Source of the DNA: a virus
Lineage: Duplodnaviria; Caudoviricetes
Length of the DNA: 28,432 nucleotides
Strand: one strand, 5' to 3'
IMG/VR virus record: IMGVR_UViG_3300032190_000018
Location: 1-28,432 of that record
Position numbers and translations under genes: made by a program. Shown here in pieces: positions 1 through 7,799 of the stretch (positions are counted from its first letter, which is position 1; every line of letters starts with the position of its first letter). Under the pieces are notes generated by a model, which saw nothing but the letters and a program-made list of their open reading frames with translations, did no database searches and was not told the origin of the DNA.

Positions 1-2
1 TG

Positions 3-449
3 GCCGCCCTTGATGAAATCCTGGATACATGTAACGGTAAACCTGTCTTGGTGTTTTACGCTTACAGGCATGACCTAGCCAGGCTGAAAGCATATCTGAA
101 AAAACGCAACCCCCGGACACTGGACACTGCAAAGGATATCGCGGACTGGAACAGCGGTCAGATACCGGTACTGCTGGCGCACCCGGCGTCCGCCGGCCAC
201 GGGTTGAACCTGCAGGCAGGTGGAAATATCATCGTCTGGTTTGGGTTGACCTGGAGTTTGGAGCTGTACCAGCAGGCTAATGCCAGGCTTGAGCGGCAGG
301 GCCAGCAGCACAACAGTGTGATAGTACACCACTTAGTTGCGGAAGGGACAATTGATGAGGATGTGATGAAAGCACTTAAAAATAAAGCTACAGGACAGGA
401 GGCGTTGCTGGCGGCGGTTAAGGCTAGGATCGCCAGGATTGCGGCATAG
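3..449 (+). CDS. SNF2-like phage helicase, C-terminal part (5' end outside window)
   Basis: Frame open from position 3 (AALDEILDTCNGKPVLVFYAY...). Contains HPASAGHGLNLQ, WFGLTWSLELYQQANARLERQGQ and GTIDE, typical SF2/SNF2 helicase C-terminal motifs in phage replication modules. Confidence 0.9.
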   Translation, partial: AALDEILDTCNGKPVLVFYAYRHDLARLKAYLKKRNPRTLDTAKDIADWNSGQIPVLLAHPASAGHGLNLQAGGNIIVWFGLTWSLELYQQANARLERQGQQHNSVIVHHLVAEGTIDEDVMKALKNKATGQEALLAAVKARIARIAA

Positions 450-473
450 GAGAGAGGTGATCGCTATGGCGGG

Positions 474-713
474 GTGAAAAGAGCGACATACAACAGGCCT
501 AAAAAGTCAAGGCAAATTGGTTTTTGCAAGTATCACCGGTGGCCTTTGAGTTGGCCCCAGGTTAAGAATTACGGGTGTCTCCATAAAAAGAGAGAAGGAT
601 CCTGGTGCTGCCACTTCAGGCCTAACCTGAAGCATAGTTTTTGGGCCAGCAGGAGGATTCCTGAAAGTATAAAGTGCAAGTTGGAAGCGGCTATTGGAAC
701 AGGGGGTGCCTAA
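474..713 (+). CDS. small basic Cys/His-containing hypothetical phage protein
   Basis: 79-aa ORF (GTG start) packed between the helicase and the next ORF; FCKYH...GCLH...WCCHF pattern. Confidence 0.55.
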   Translation: MKRATYNRPKKSRQIGFCKYHRWPLSWPQVKNYGCLHKKREGSWCCHFRPNLKHSFWASRRIPESIKCKLEAAIGTGGA

Positions 714-1076
714 GTGGGCGAGAATAAAGAAACCCTGCAGAAATTTGCAAGGCTGGCCAGGGAGCAGGTGGACAAGACTGTCCGGGAAAACATCCGGGCC
801 ATCGAGCAGCGCAATATGCGTGAGAACGAAATCAAGCACGGTTGTCCGGATTGTCCGGCTGCGCGTTGTGTCACAACATGCCCGCGTTATTTGACACACT
901 ACGCTAGCAGGGCGGAGTTTTGGGACTGGTGGGGGAGAACCAGCCCGCCGGATCGGCGGGAGAAGGAGGCTGTCCAGCACATACCGGCGCCGCCGGCGAA
1001 GCGGGGAGGGGGGAGTAAGTCAAAGCGAAAGCGGAAAAAGCAATACCAGGACTTGCGCCGGTGGGTTGTTGGATAG
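714..1076 (+). CDS. hypothetical protein with CPDC-x4-C-x3-C cluster and basic C-tail (possible Zn/nucleic-acid binding)
   Basis: GTG directly after the upstream stop, GGGGG RBS-like run upstream, CPDCPAARCVTTC motif, KRKRKK tail. Confidence 0.6.
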   Translation: MGENKETLQKFARLAREQVDKTVRENIRAIEQRNMRENEIKHGCPDCPAARCVTTCPRYLTHYASRAEFWDWWGRTSPPDRREKEAVQHIPAPPAKRGGGSKSKRKRKKQYQDLRRWVVG

Positions 1077-1106
1077 TTGACTAAATATTGACAGGCATGG
1101 TATAAT
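1077..1106 (+). promoter_or_regulatory. sigmaA-type promoter (candidate late or accessory promoter)
   Basis: TTGACT (1077-1082), 18-nt spacer, TG at 1098-1099 and TATAAT (1101-1106); an extra TTGACA lies inside the spacer (1088-1093). Confidence 0.7.
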
Positions 1107-1140
1107 AGCGGCGAAGCCGTACGCACCAAACAGCAAATCT

Positions 1141-1169
1141 GTGCCCAGTAGGGCGCTTTCTTTATGCCT
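1141..1169 (+). repeat. terminator-like hairpin repeat, copy 1
   Basis: GTGCCC-agta-GGGCGC-TTTCTTTATGCCT. Confidence 0.75.
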
Positions 1170-1191
1170 TTTTGTGTCGGAATATGTCAGG

Positions 1192-1217
1192 AGGATCAGT
1201 AAACCTTTCCGCCGAAT
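1192..1217 (+). promoter_or_regulatory. sigmaH-like promoter
   Basis: AGGA (1192-1195), 18 nt, GAAT (1214-1217), upstream of RBS AAAGGGGTG. Confidence 0.5.
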
Positions 1218-1246
1218 CATGCCGGAAAACGGCAGAAAGGGGTGAT

Positions 1247-1444
1247 ATGTTATTGTTTGAGTTAGGCAAAAACTATGTTATAAACTTAATACATGGAGAC
1301 GACCAAAGAGAAGAGATATGGAATTGCATAGTGCAGCAATTTGACCAACAAAATGGATTATTGAAAGTAAAACAAGGAGAAGATGTTTATATTTTTAATG
1401 TAAAAAGTCCTGGTTTCTTTTATGCAAAACTTTTAAATTATTAG
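1247..1444 (+). CDS. 65-aa AT-rich accessory protein (moron), possible small beta-barrel/Sm-like fold
   Basis: RBS GAAAGGGGTGAT then ATG at 1247 (in frame with ORF 1172..1444); stop overlaps repeat copy 2. Confidence 0.7.
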   Translation: MLLFELGKNYVINLIHGDDQREEIWNCIVQQFDQQNGLLKVKQGEDVYIFNVKSPGFFYAKLLNY

Positions 1445-1473
1445 AGCCCACCAGGGGCTCTTTCTTTATGCCT
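1443..1473 (+). repeat. terminator-like hairpin repeat, copy 2
   Basis: AGAGCCC-accag-GGGCTCT-TTCTTTATGCCT; shares its 3' 14-mer CTTTCTTTATGCCT with copy 1. Confidence 0.8.
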
Positions 1474-1516
1474 ATAAGGCCATCACCAGTCATAAGCAGT
1501 AGCAACACGAAGGGGC

Positions 1517-1537
1517 CGCCCACGAAAGGGGCGTTTT
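1517..1537 (+). terminator. short intrinsic terminator-like hairpin
   Basis: CGCCC-acgaaag-GGGCG followed by TTTT. Confidence 0.45.
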
Positions 1538-1559
1538 GGTTATAGTTTTTTTTGTTAGG

Positions 1560-1585
1560 AGGAAATAACCCCCTTAATTTAGAAT
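1560..1585 (+). promoter_or_regulatory. sigmaH-like promoter
   Basis: AGGA (1560-1563) followed by AAT, 18-nt gap, GAAT (1582-1585); same geometry as 1192-1217. Confidence 0.55.
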
Positions 1586-1611
1586 TTATTTCTAAAAGGG
1601 GGTGTTTTAAA

Positions 1612-1989
1612 ATGTCCACTTTGTATAATTTAGATGGATTGGCGAAAGTAATAGCAGATGATTTAGTTAGAGATTTAAAACATTTTAGAAACGCCGATAC
1701 AGAAAGCAGAAGCGAAAGAATAGTTTGTTTGGCTGATTTGAAGGAAGAATATCAGGAAGAAGTTAACATGAAACAAAGTATCTACTCAGGCAAAAAAGTT
1801 AATTTGGATAGAAGGTTATTCTGGGAAATAGTTATCCAGAAAAAGATTGTTTTAATAAACAAGATTGGCGGCATAAAATTAATGGCTAAAGTTTGCAGCG
1901 AATTAGAGAAGCACCCTGAAGAAAGAATATATCATTTCTCTTCCGCTTTTGATAGATTAGCAGATGGGATCGGTAATTGGATAAGTTAA
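1612..1989 (+). CDS. 125-aa AT-rich accessory protein (moron) of unknown function
   Basis: RBS AAAAGGGGGTG then ATG at 1612; ends ...DGIGNWIS; followed by repeat copy 3. Confidence 0.75.
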   Translation: MSTLYNLDGLAKVIADDLVRDLKHFRNADTESRSERIVCLADLKEEYQEEVNMKQSIYSGKKVNLDRRLFWEIVIQKKIVLINKIGGIKLMAKVCSELEKHPEERIYHFSSAFDRLADGIGNWIS

Positions 1990-1992
1990 ATC

Positions 1993-2022
1993 AGAGCCCA
2001 CGGGTTCTTTTCTTTTTGGAGT
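1993..2022 (+). repeat. terminator-like hairpin repeat, copy 3
   Basis: AGAGCCC-ac-GGGTTCT-TTTCTTTTTGGAGT. Confidence 0.75.
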
Positions 2023-2038
2023 TGTGGAGGTTTAAGCA

Positions 2039-2194
2039 ATGTCTGTAGATAAACCATCGGCATTTGAACGAAACAGACCTGGTGAAAACGCAGTTGTGAG
2101 TTTAACCAAAGTAATTTTAGGAGTCGTATTGTTGGCATTGGCTTACGTATCGCCGTTGTTTCTGTTATACTTTCAAGGTTTTAGAATTCACTAG
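2039..2194 (+). CDS. 51-aa single-pass membrane peptide (not in the ORF track)
   Basis: GGAGG RBS, ATG 2039, TAG 2192-2194; MSVDKPSAFERNRPGENAVVSLTKVILGVVLLALAYVSPLFLLYFQGFRIH with one long hydrophobic segment. Confidence 0.65.
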   Translation: MSVDKPSAFERNRPGENAVVSLTKVILGVVLLALAYVSPLFLLYFQGFRIH

Positions 2195-2220
2195 CCCTCC
2201 GGGCTCTTTCTTTTTGGAGT
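2193..2220 (+). repeat. terminator-like hairpin repeat, copy 4
   Basis: AGCCC-tcc-GGGCT-CTTTCTTTTTGGAGT; shares its 3' 14-mer TTTCTTTTTGGAGT with copy 3. Confidence 0.75.
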
Positions 2221-2223
2221 GAT

Positions 2224-2490
2224 TTGATGTACGGCAAAATAACTTATAAAGGCCAGGAGATCCACGCCTGCTGCACAAGGCAAAACCTGGTTGATGCTTA
2301 TATAATGTGCAGGTTATTCCCGGCAGCGATCTGCAAAAACTGTGGCGAGGTAACCGGAGTATTCGGAGCCGTGAGGGAATGGATATTCAGGTTTTTCTTT
2401 GCGCCCTTCTGGGATGGGCAGGTGCTGATACCCAAAGAGTTAATGAGTGATGATGAATTGGAAAGGATAGAGAGGTTTAATAATGGCTAA
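2224..2490 (+). CDS. hypothetical protein with CxxC (CKNC) motif
   Basis: GGAGTG RBS supplied by repeat copy 4; overlaps the HNH start. Confidence 0.6.
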   Translation: MMYGKITYKGQEIHACCTRQNLVDAYIMCRLFPAAICKNCGEVTGVFGAVREWIFRFFFAPFWDGQVLIPKELMSDDELERIERFNNG

Positions 2491-2842
2491 ACGAATACCA
2501 TCACCCTGCCGGCATCCAGGCTGTCCGGCCCTGGTTGAAGGCGGCGGTTATTGCGATAAGCATAAAAAACAGGAGAAAGCTTGGAAGAATAGAGACTATG
2601 ACAGGCAGCGGGGGACATCAGCACAAAGAGGTTACAATGCTCAATGGCAAAAAGTCAGGCGGCTTAAGCTGCAGCAGGATCCTCTCTGTGAGAGATGCTT
2701 GAAAGCGGGACGTTTGGTTGCTGCAACGGTGGTTCACCATATAAAGCCGGTGGATAAGTACCCGGAGCTAAGGCTTGCGATGGATAATTTGCAATCACTT
2801 TGCCAGGGATGTCACAACAGGATTCACGGCAATCATAAGTAA
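2483..2842 (+). CDS. packaging-associated HNH endonuclease (HK97 gp74-like)
   Basis: PCRHPGC...YCDKH N-terminus, RGY, PLCERC, VHHIKP, NLQSLCQGCHNRIH; lies just before the terminase genes. Confidence 0.92.
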   Translation: MAKRIPSPCRHPGCPALVEGGGYCDKHKKQEKAWKNRDYDRQRGTSAQRGYNAQWQKVRRLKLQQDPLCERCLKAGRLVAATVVHHIKPVDKYPELRLAMDNLQSLCQGCHNRIHGNHK

Positions 2843-2852
2843 CAATAATAGT

Positions 2853-2950
2853 TGGGCTGGGGGTAGGGGGTAAAATCTCTACAACCTGGCGGAGCTAGAC
2901 CGGGCGCGCGGGTTTCTTCATGCGGCCGCAAGTTTTTATAGGGGGGTCTA
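2853..2950. other. probable cos/packaging-site region
   Basis: Non-coding gap between HNH and terS with GGGGGTAGGGGGTAAAATCTCT...GACCGGGCGCGCGGG...GGGGGG, the usual place and G-run style of cos in HNH-associated phages. Exact cut site not identified. Confidence 0.5.
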
Positions 2951-2996
2951 AGCCCCAACCATAACCGAAACTTATACATACAAGGGGGTGTAAGCA

Positions 2997-3485
2997 ATAG
3001 GTAAACGCGGACCCGCACCGAAACCGACCAACTTAAAACTGCTCCAGGGCAATCCGGGGAAACGGCCAATCAACCAGGACGAGCCCAAGCCGAAACCCAT
3101 TGCGCCGAAGCCTCCGGCCTGGTTACCGAAGGAAGCGAAGAAGATCTGGAAGCAGTTGGCTCCTAAGTTAGAACCACTTGCACTGTTGACCGAAATTGAT
3201 TTTCTTAATTTCCAAAATCTTTGTCTTGCAGCCGCTAGAGTAAAAGAGATGCAGCAGGTCCTTGAAGAGAAGGGCTTGGTCATGGAGATTGAAACAAACG
3301 CTGGCGCCATCTACTACCAGCAGCGCCCGGAGGTAGCCATCCTTCATAAGAACATGGAATTGGTCAACAAGCTCGGTGCCAAGTTCGGCCTCTCCCCGGC
3401 GGATCGGGTTGGCCTCGGCGTAAAGCCGAAACAGGAAAACAAGGACCCCTTCGAGGAGTTCTTGAGCCGTGGCAAGAAAGCCTAA
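2997..3485 (+). CDS. terS: terminase small subunit (P27 family), apparent ATA start
   Basis: Frame extends upstream of TTG 3156 through the canonical N-terminus GKRGPAPKPTNLKLLQGNPGKRPIN; C-terminus has KFGLSPADR. RBS AAGGGGGTG lies 6 nt before ATA 2997. Confidence 0.88.
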   Translation: MGKRGPAPKPTNLKLLQGNPGKRPINQDEPKPKPIAPKPPAWLPKEAKKIWKQLAPKLEPLALLTEIDFLNFQNLCLAAARVKEMQQVLEEKGLVMEIETNAGAIYYQQRPEVAILHKNMELVNKLGAKFGLSPADRVGLGVKPKQENKDPFEEFLSRGKKA

Positions 3486-5148
3486 ACACCCGGTCACTGA
3501 GTATGCTGAGAAAGTTGTCAAGGGTAAGATACTGGCCGGGGAGTTAACAAAGCTTGCCTGTGAACGACATCTCCGGGATCTTAAGACCTGTAAAAGTCGC
3601 GGGCTGTATTTCGACGAAGAAGCGGCCGACCACGCCATTGAATTTTTCCAGTTTCTTAAGCACTCCAAGGGTGAGTGGGCTGGCTGCACATTCGAGCTTG
3701 AATTGTGGCAAAAGTTTATAGTCGGTTCCCTTTTTGGTTGGATGCGAAAAGACGGAACCAGGCGGTTTAGAACCGGTCTTATAGAAGTGCCCAGGAAAAA
3801 CGGTAAGTCCACTCTGATTGCAGGGATTGGACTTTATTTGTTTGTAGCAGATGGCGAGCCCGGAGCGGAAATATACTCAGCGGCGACTAAACGGGATCAG
3901 GCAAGAATTGTCTGGACTGAAGCAGCAAAGATGGTCAAGGCATCGCCCGACCTTGCCGCCAGAATCCGCGTGTATCCGGGCAAAGGTAATATGCACATCG
4001 AAGCGACCGGAGCCAAGTTTGAGCCCCTGGGCGCCGATGCTGATACCATGGACGGATTAAACGTTCACGGGGCCTTGATTGATGAACTGCATGCTCATAA
4101 AAACAGGGAAGTGTGGGACGTGCTGGAGACGGCCACCGGTGCCAGACGCCAGCCTTTACAGATAGCCATAACCACCGCTGGTTTTGATCAGCACGGCATT
4201 GGTTATGAGCAGCACGAATATGGCACTAAAATACTCAAGCGCACTATTAAAGACGACACATACTTTGTGTACATCGCATGCATGGATGACGACGACGATT
4301 GGACCAGCGTAACTACCTGGAAAAAGGCCAATCCGAACTTCGGTATATCTGTAAAAGAAGATGACCTCAAAAGAAAGTGTGAAAAGGCCAAAGAAATCCC
4401 TGCGGCCCAGAATAACTTCCTCTGTAAACACTTGAACAAATGGACCCAGCAAGCAACCAGGTGGATAGATCTTGGCATTTGGGATGAAAACGCAAGCATA
4501 GTAGTTGAAGAGGAATTGCGCGGCCGTACATGTTACGGCGGCCTGGACCTGTCAAGCGTAAATGATATAACTGCATGGGTCATGGTCTTCCCGGACGATG
4601 ACGACATTGAAACCGTAGATGTGCTGTGCAGGTTCTTTTGCCCGGAGGCGCGGCTTTATGATCCGCGGAACAAATACAAAGACCAGTACCAGGCCTGGGC
4701 AAAGCAAGGGTTTTTAACGCCAACGCCGGGCGAAGTTGTAGATTACGCTTTTGTCAGAGAGCAAATTATCAGAGATGCGGAAACTTTTGACCTTGTTGAC
4801 ATGAACATTGACCGCTTATTTAACTCACACCAAATTGCCGGCGAACTGATGGACGCCGGCATTAAAGTTATCGGAATGGTGCAGGGTCACCTCAGCTACG
4901 CTGTACCGATGAAAGAGTTTGAGCGGCGTTTGCTGTCTCGCAAGATCAGGCACGGGGGCAATCCCGTTCTGCGTTGGATGGCCGATAACGTAGCCGTCAG
5001 GGAAGACCCTGCAGGCAACCTGAAGCCGGATAAGGCGAATAGCCAGGGTAAAATTGACGGCATTGTAGCCCTTGTTATGGCTCTGGATAGAGCGATTAGA
5101 CACCAAGATGTTTCTATCTATGAAACCCAAGGGATTTTTGTGGTATAA
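3469..5148 (+). CDS. terL: terminase large subunit
   Basis: Walker A VPRKNGKS, Walker B ALIDELH, ITTAG coupling motif, GGLDLS nuclease motif, KIDGIVA. Confidence 0.97.
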   Translation: MARKPKHPVTEYAEKVVKGKILAGELTKLACERHLRDLKTCKSRGLYFDEEAADHAIEFFQFLKHSKGEWAGCTFELELWQKFIVGSLFGWMRKDGTRRFRTGLIEVPRKNGKSTLIAGIGLYLFVADGEPGAEIYSAATKRDQARIVWTEAAKMVKASPDLAARIRVYPGKGNMHIEATGAKFEPLGADADTMDGLNVHGALIDELHAHKNREVWDVLETATGARRQPLQIAITTAGFDQHGIGYEQHEYGTKILKRTIKDDTYFVYIACMDDDDDWTSVTTWKKANPNFGISVKEDDLKRKCEKAKEIPAAQNNFLCKHLNKWTQQATRWIDLGIWDENASIVVEEELRGRTCYGGLDLSSVNDITAWVMVFPDDDDIETVDVLCRFFCPEARLYDPRNKYKDQYQAWAKQGFLTPTPGEVVDYAFVREQIIRDAETFDLVDMNIDRLFNSHQIAGELMDAGIKVIGMVQGHLSYAVPMKEFERRLLSRKIRHGGNPVLRWMADNVAVREDPAGNLKPDKANSQGKIDGIVALVMALDRAIRHQDVSIYETQGIFVV

Positions 5149-5162
5149 AGGGGGTTTGGTAA

Positions 5163-7148
5163 TTGAGGATACCGTTTATATCAGATTGGTTGGAGAAAAG
5201 ATCAACGTTAGCCAACCCCGCCCAGTGGCTTGTTGATGCCCTGACAGGAGGCAGTAAATCCGCCGCCGGGGTAAGTGTAACCGAATCCAAAGCTCTTACG
5301 GCCAGCGGAGTTTATGCCTGTGTCAAAATACTGGCTGAAACAGTTGCTAGCCTGCCGCTTCCAGTTTACCGTCGGCTAAGTCCACGGGGGAAAGAACGGG
5401 CGCCCGATCACCCGTTATACTATATTCTGCATGATGAACCGAACCCCGAAATGACTGCCTTTACTTTTAAAGAAGCCCTTATGGGGCATTTGACATTATG
5501 GGGCAACGCCTATGCGGAAATAGAATGGGGTGCTAATGGCAGGCCGCGTGCACTTTGGCCTTTGCGGCCAGACAATACATGGCCTGAGCGGGACAGCGCA
5601 ACCAAAAAAATAATTTATAAAACAATTATCGACGGTACCACCTATGTTTTGCCGGCCCAAAACGTGCTTCACATTTTGGGATTGAGTGCTGAAGGACTGG
5701 TCGGCTACAGCCCGATCCGCATGGCCCGGGAGGCCATAGGGTTATCACTAGCCGCCGAGGAATTCGGTTCAAGGTTGTTTTCCAACGGCGCTCATCCCGG
5801 TGGCATAATTGAATACCCGAACAAGCTCAGAAAAGAAGCGAGGGAGCAATTTGAAAAGTCAATTAAGGAAGCATACAGTGGGCTAAGCAAAAGCCATCGT
5901 TTAATGGTCCTTGAAGAGGGACTAAAGTATCACCAGGTTGCCATACCCCCAGATGACGCCCAATTCCTTGAAACACGAAAATTTCAGCTAAATGAAATAT
6001 GCAGGATATTTAGGGTGCCGCCTCATATGGTGGGCGATCTGGAAAGAGCGACTTTCTCCAATATCGAGCATCAGAGCCTTGAATTTGTGATGTACACCAT
6101 AAGGCCCTGGCTGGTACGGTGGGAGCAGGCAATTCATTCTAAGCTATTTAGCCGGCAGGAAAGACAAACTTACTTTGCCGAGTTTTTAATAGAAGGACTG
6201 CTCCGGGGTGACGTGCAGGCCAGGTCGCAGTTCTACCGGGAAATGTTCATGATCGGGGCCATGTCACAAAACGACATCCGTGAAAAAGAAAATATGAACC
6301 CCATAGAAGGCGGCGATACTTATTATGTACCACTAAACATGGTACCGGCCGACATGGCCAGGAAGGTCCAGGAACCTACGGAACAAAATAGTAGGCAGGT
6401 GTTTTGGGAACAGCGCAGCATCAAGGTTGCCGACAACCGGCGCCTGCTGGCAAAAAGGTACGAGAAGGTTTTTGAAGATGCAGCCCAGCGCATAGTAAAC
6501 CGGGAGGTTGCTGACATTAAACGGGCGCTGGACAAGCACTTTGCCAGGCGCGACGCCACAAGCTTTAATCAGTGGCTTGAACAGTTCTACCGGGAAGCGC
6601 CGGAATGGATACAACGGGTAATGACGCCCGTTGTTTTTAGTTACGCGGGCATCATCCAGGCCAATATCGCTGACGAATTGGACATAAAGCCGGGCATGAC
6701 CCCAGAGTTAGAAGAGTTTGTACAGACTTACGTGAACACTTTCGCCACCCGGTATGTTGCATCATCTCAGGGTCAAATTAATGCATTGCTGGTCGAGGCC
6801 CTGGATAACAATATAGACCCGGTAGAGAAAGTCGTAAAACGTCTTAAAGAGTGGGAAGAGAAGCGCCCGCGAAAAGTGGCCATGCGGGAAACCATCCAGG
6901 TAGCCGGAGCTGTTGCTCTAAAGGTTTATAAAACCAACGGGGTTACGCGGTTAAAGTGGCGTGCCCGGGGCGACAGCTGCAAGTTCTGTCAAAAGCTTGA
7001 CGGGACGGTTGTCGGCATAGAACAGACCTTTGCGCATGAAGGAAGCGGGGTGGAGGCCGATGGCGAGACTTTAACGCCGCGCGGGAAAGTGATGCACCCA
7101 CCTTTACATGCCGGGTGCGACTGCGTAGTCGTAGCTGTGCAAGATTAG
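5163..7148 (+). CDS. HK97-family portal protein with C-terminal MuF/minor-head-protein-like extension
   Basis: Portal motifs VYACVKILAETVASLP, GNAYA, QFLETRKFQLNEICRIFRVPPHMVG, TFSNIEHQ. About 260 extra residues end in CKFCQKLDG...HPPLHAGCDC. Confidence 0.92.
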   Translation: MRIPFISDWLEKRSTLANPAQWLVDALTGGSKSAAGVSVTESKALTASGVYACVKILAETVASLPLPVYRRLSPRGKERAPDHPLYYILHDEPNPEMTAFTFKEALMGHLTLWGNAYAEIEWGANGRPRALWPLRPDNTWPERDSATKKIIYKTIIDGTTYVLPAQNVLHILGLSAEGLVGYSPIRMAREAIGLSLAAEEFGSRLFSNGAHPGGIIEYPNKLRKEAREQFEKSIKEAYSGLSKSHRLMVLEEGLKYHQVAIPPDDAQFLETRKFQLNEICRIFRVPPHMVGDLERATFSNIEHQSLEFVMYTIRPWLVRWEQAIHSKLFSRQERQTYFAEFLIEGLLRGDVQARSQFYREMFMIGAMSQNDIREKENMNPIEGGDTYYVPLNMVPADMARKVQEPTEQNSRQVFWEQRSIKVADNRRLLAKRYEKVFEDAAQRIVNREVADIKRALDKHFARRDATSFNQWLEQFYREAPEWIQRVMTPVVFSYAGIIQANIADELDIKPGMTPELEEFVQTYVNTFATRYVASSQGQINALLVEALDNNIDPVEKVVKRLKEWEEKRPRKVAMRETIQVAGAVALKVYKTNGVTRLKWRARGDSCKFCQKLDGTVVGIEQTFAHEGSGVEADGETLTPRGKVMHPPLHAGCDCVVVAVQD

Positions 7149-7161
7149 GAGGTGGCCAACA

Positions 7162-7794
7162 TTGAAATATGAATTAAGTTTCTTGCCACTGGAAGCATCT
7201 GAAATGCGGGTAGAAACTGAAGAAGGAAAGCCAAAACGCATTGTGGGTTATGCCGCGGTGTTCAACCGTAAAAGCGAAGACTTGGGCGGGTTTGTGGAAA
7301 TCATCCGACCCGGCGCGTTTAGAAAAGCGATAGGCGACGGCGCGGACATAAGAGCGCTATTCAATCATGACCCTAATTACGTTATTGGGCGTACTACAAA
7401 CGGCACTCTCAAGCTTGAAGAAAATCAAACCGGTCTTAAATACGAGGTTACACCGCCGGACACCCAGTGGGCCCGCGATTTGATCACATCTATCGAACGC
7501 GGGGATATTACCGGGTGTTCTTTTAGTTTCCGGGTCGCCAAAGACGGTGAGAAATGGTCTTCCCAGGGAGACTTACAACTGCGTGAACTTATTGACATTG
7601 AAGCAGTTGGTGATGTCGGGCCGGTTACATACCCGGCATATCCGGCCACATCTGTAAGCGTAAGGTCAAAGCAAGAAGTGTTTGAATCTTATACCGCCGA
7701 AGAAGCGCGGGCGCGTTCGGAGGCGGCTAAGATAGAAGCTCGGCGGGCGCTGAAGCTTCGCAAAATGCGGCTGGAGCTTGAAAAAGTAAAATAG
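7162..7794 (+). CDS. HK97-family prohead protease
   Basis: GYAAVFN, GGFVEIIRPGAF, ALFNHD, GCSFSF, VTYPAYPAT motifs; between portal and capsid. Confidence 0.95.
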   Translation: MKYELSFLPLEASEMRVETEEGKPKRIVGYAAVFNRKSEDLGGFVEIIRPGAFRKAIGDGADIRALFNHDPNYVIGRTTNGTLKLEENQTGLKYEVTPPDTQWARDLITSIERGDITGCSFSFRVAKDGEKWSSQGDLQLRELIDIEAVGDVGPVTYPAYPATSVSVRSKQEVFESYTAEEARARSEAAKIEARRALKLRKMRLELEKVK

Positions 7795-7799
7795 GAGGA

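Noticed and set aside
1468-1545. 25-codon ORF or small RNA between repeat copy 2 and the second moron
   Set aside because: No RBS and no recognisable RNA family; only the short terminator-like hairpin is supported.
1141-2220. CRISPR array or classical integron attC array
   Set aside because: The repeats are degenerate terminator hairpins spaced 200-550 bp apart with genes between them. There are no cas genes and no evident RYYYAAC/GTTRRRY attC ends.
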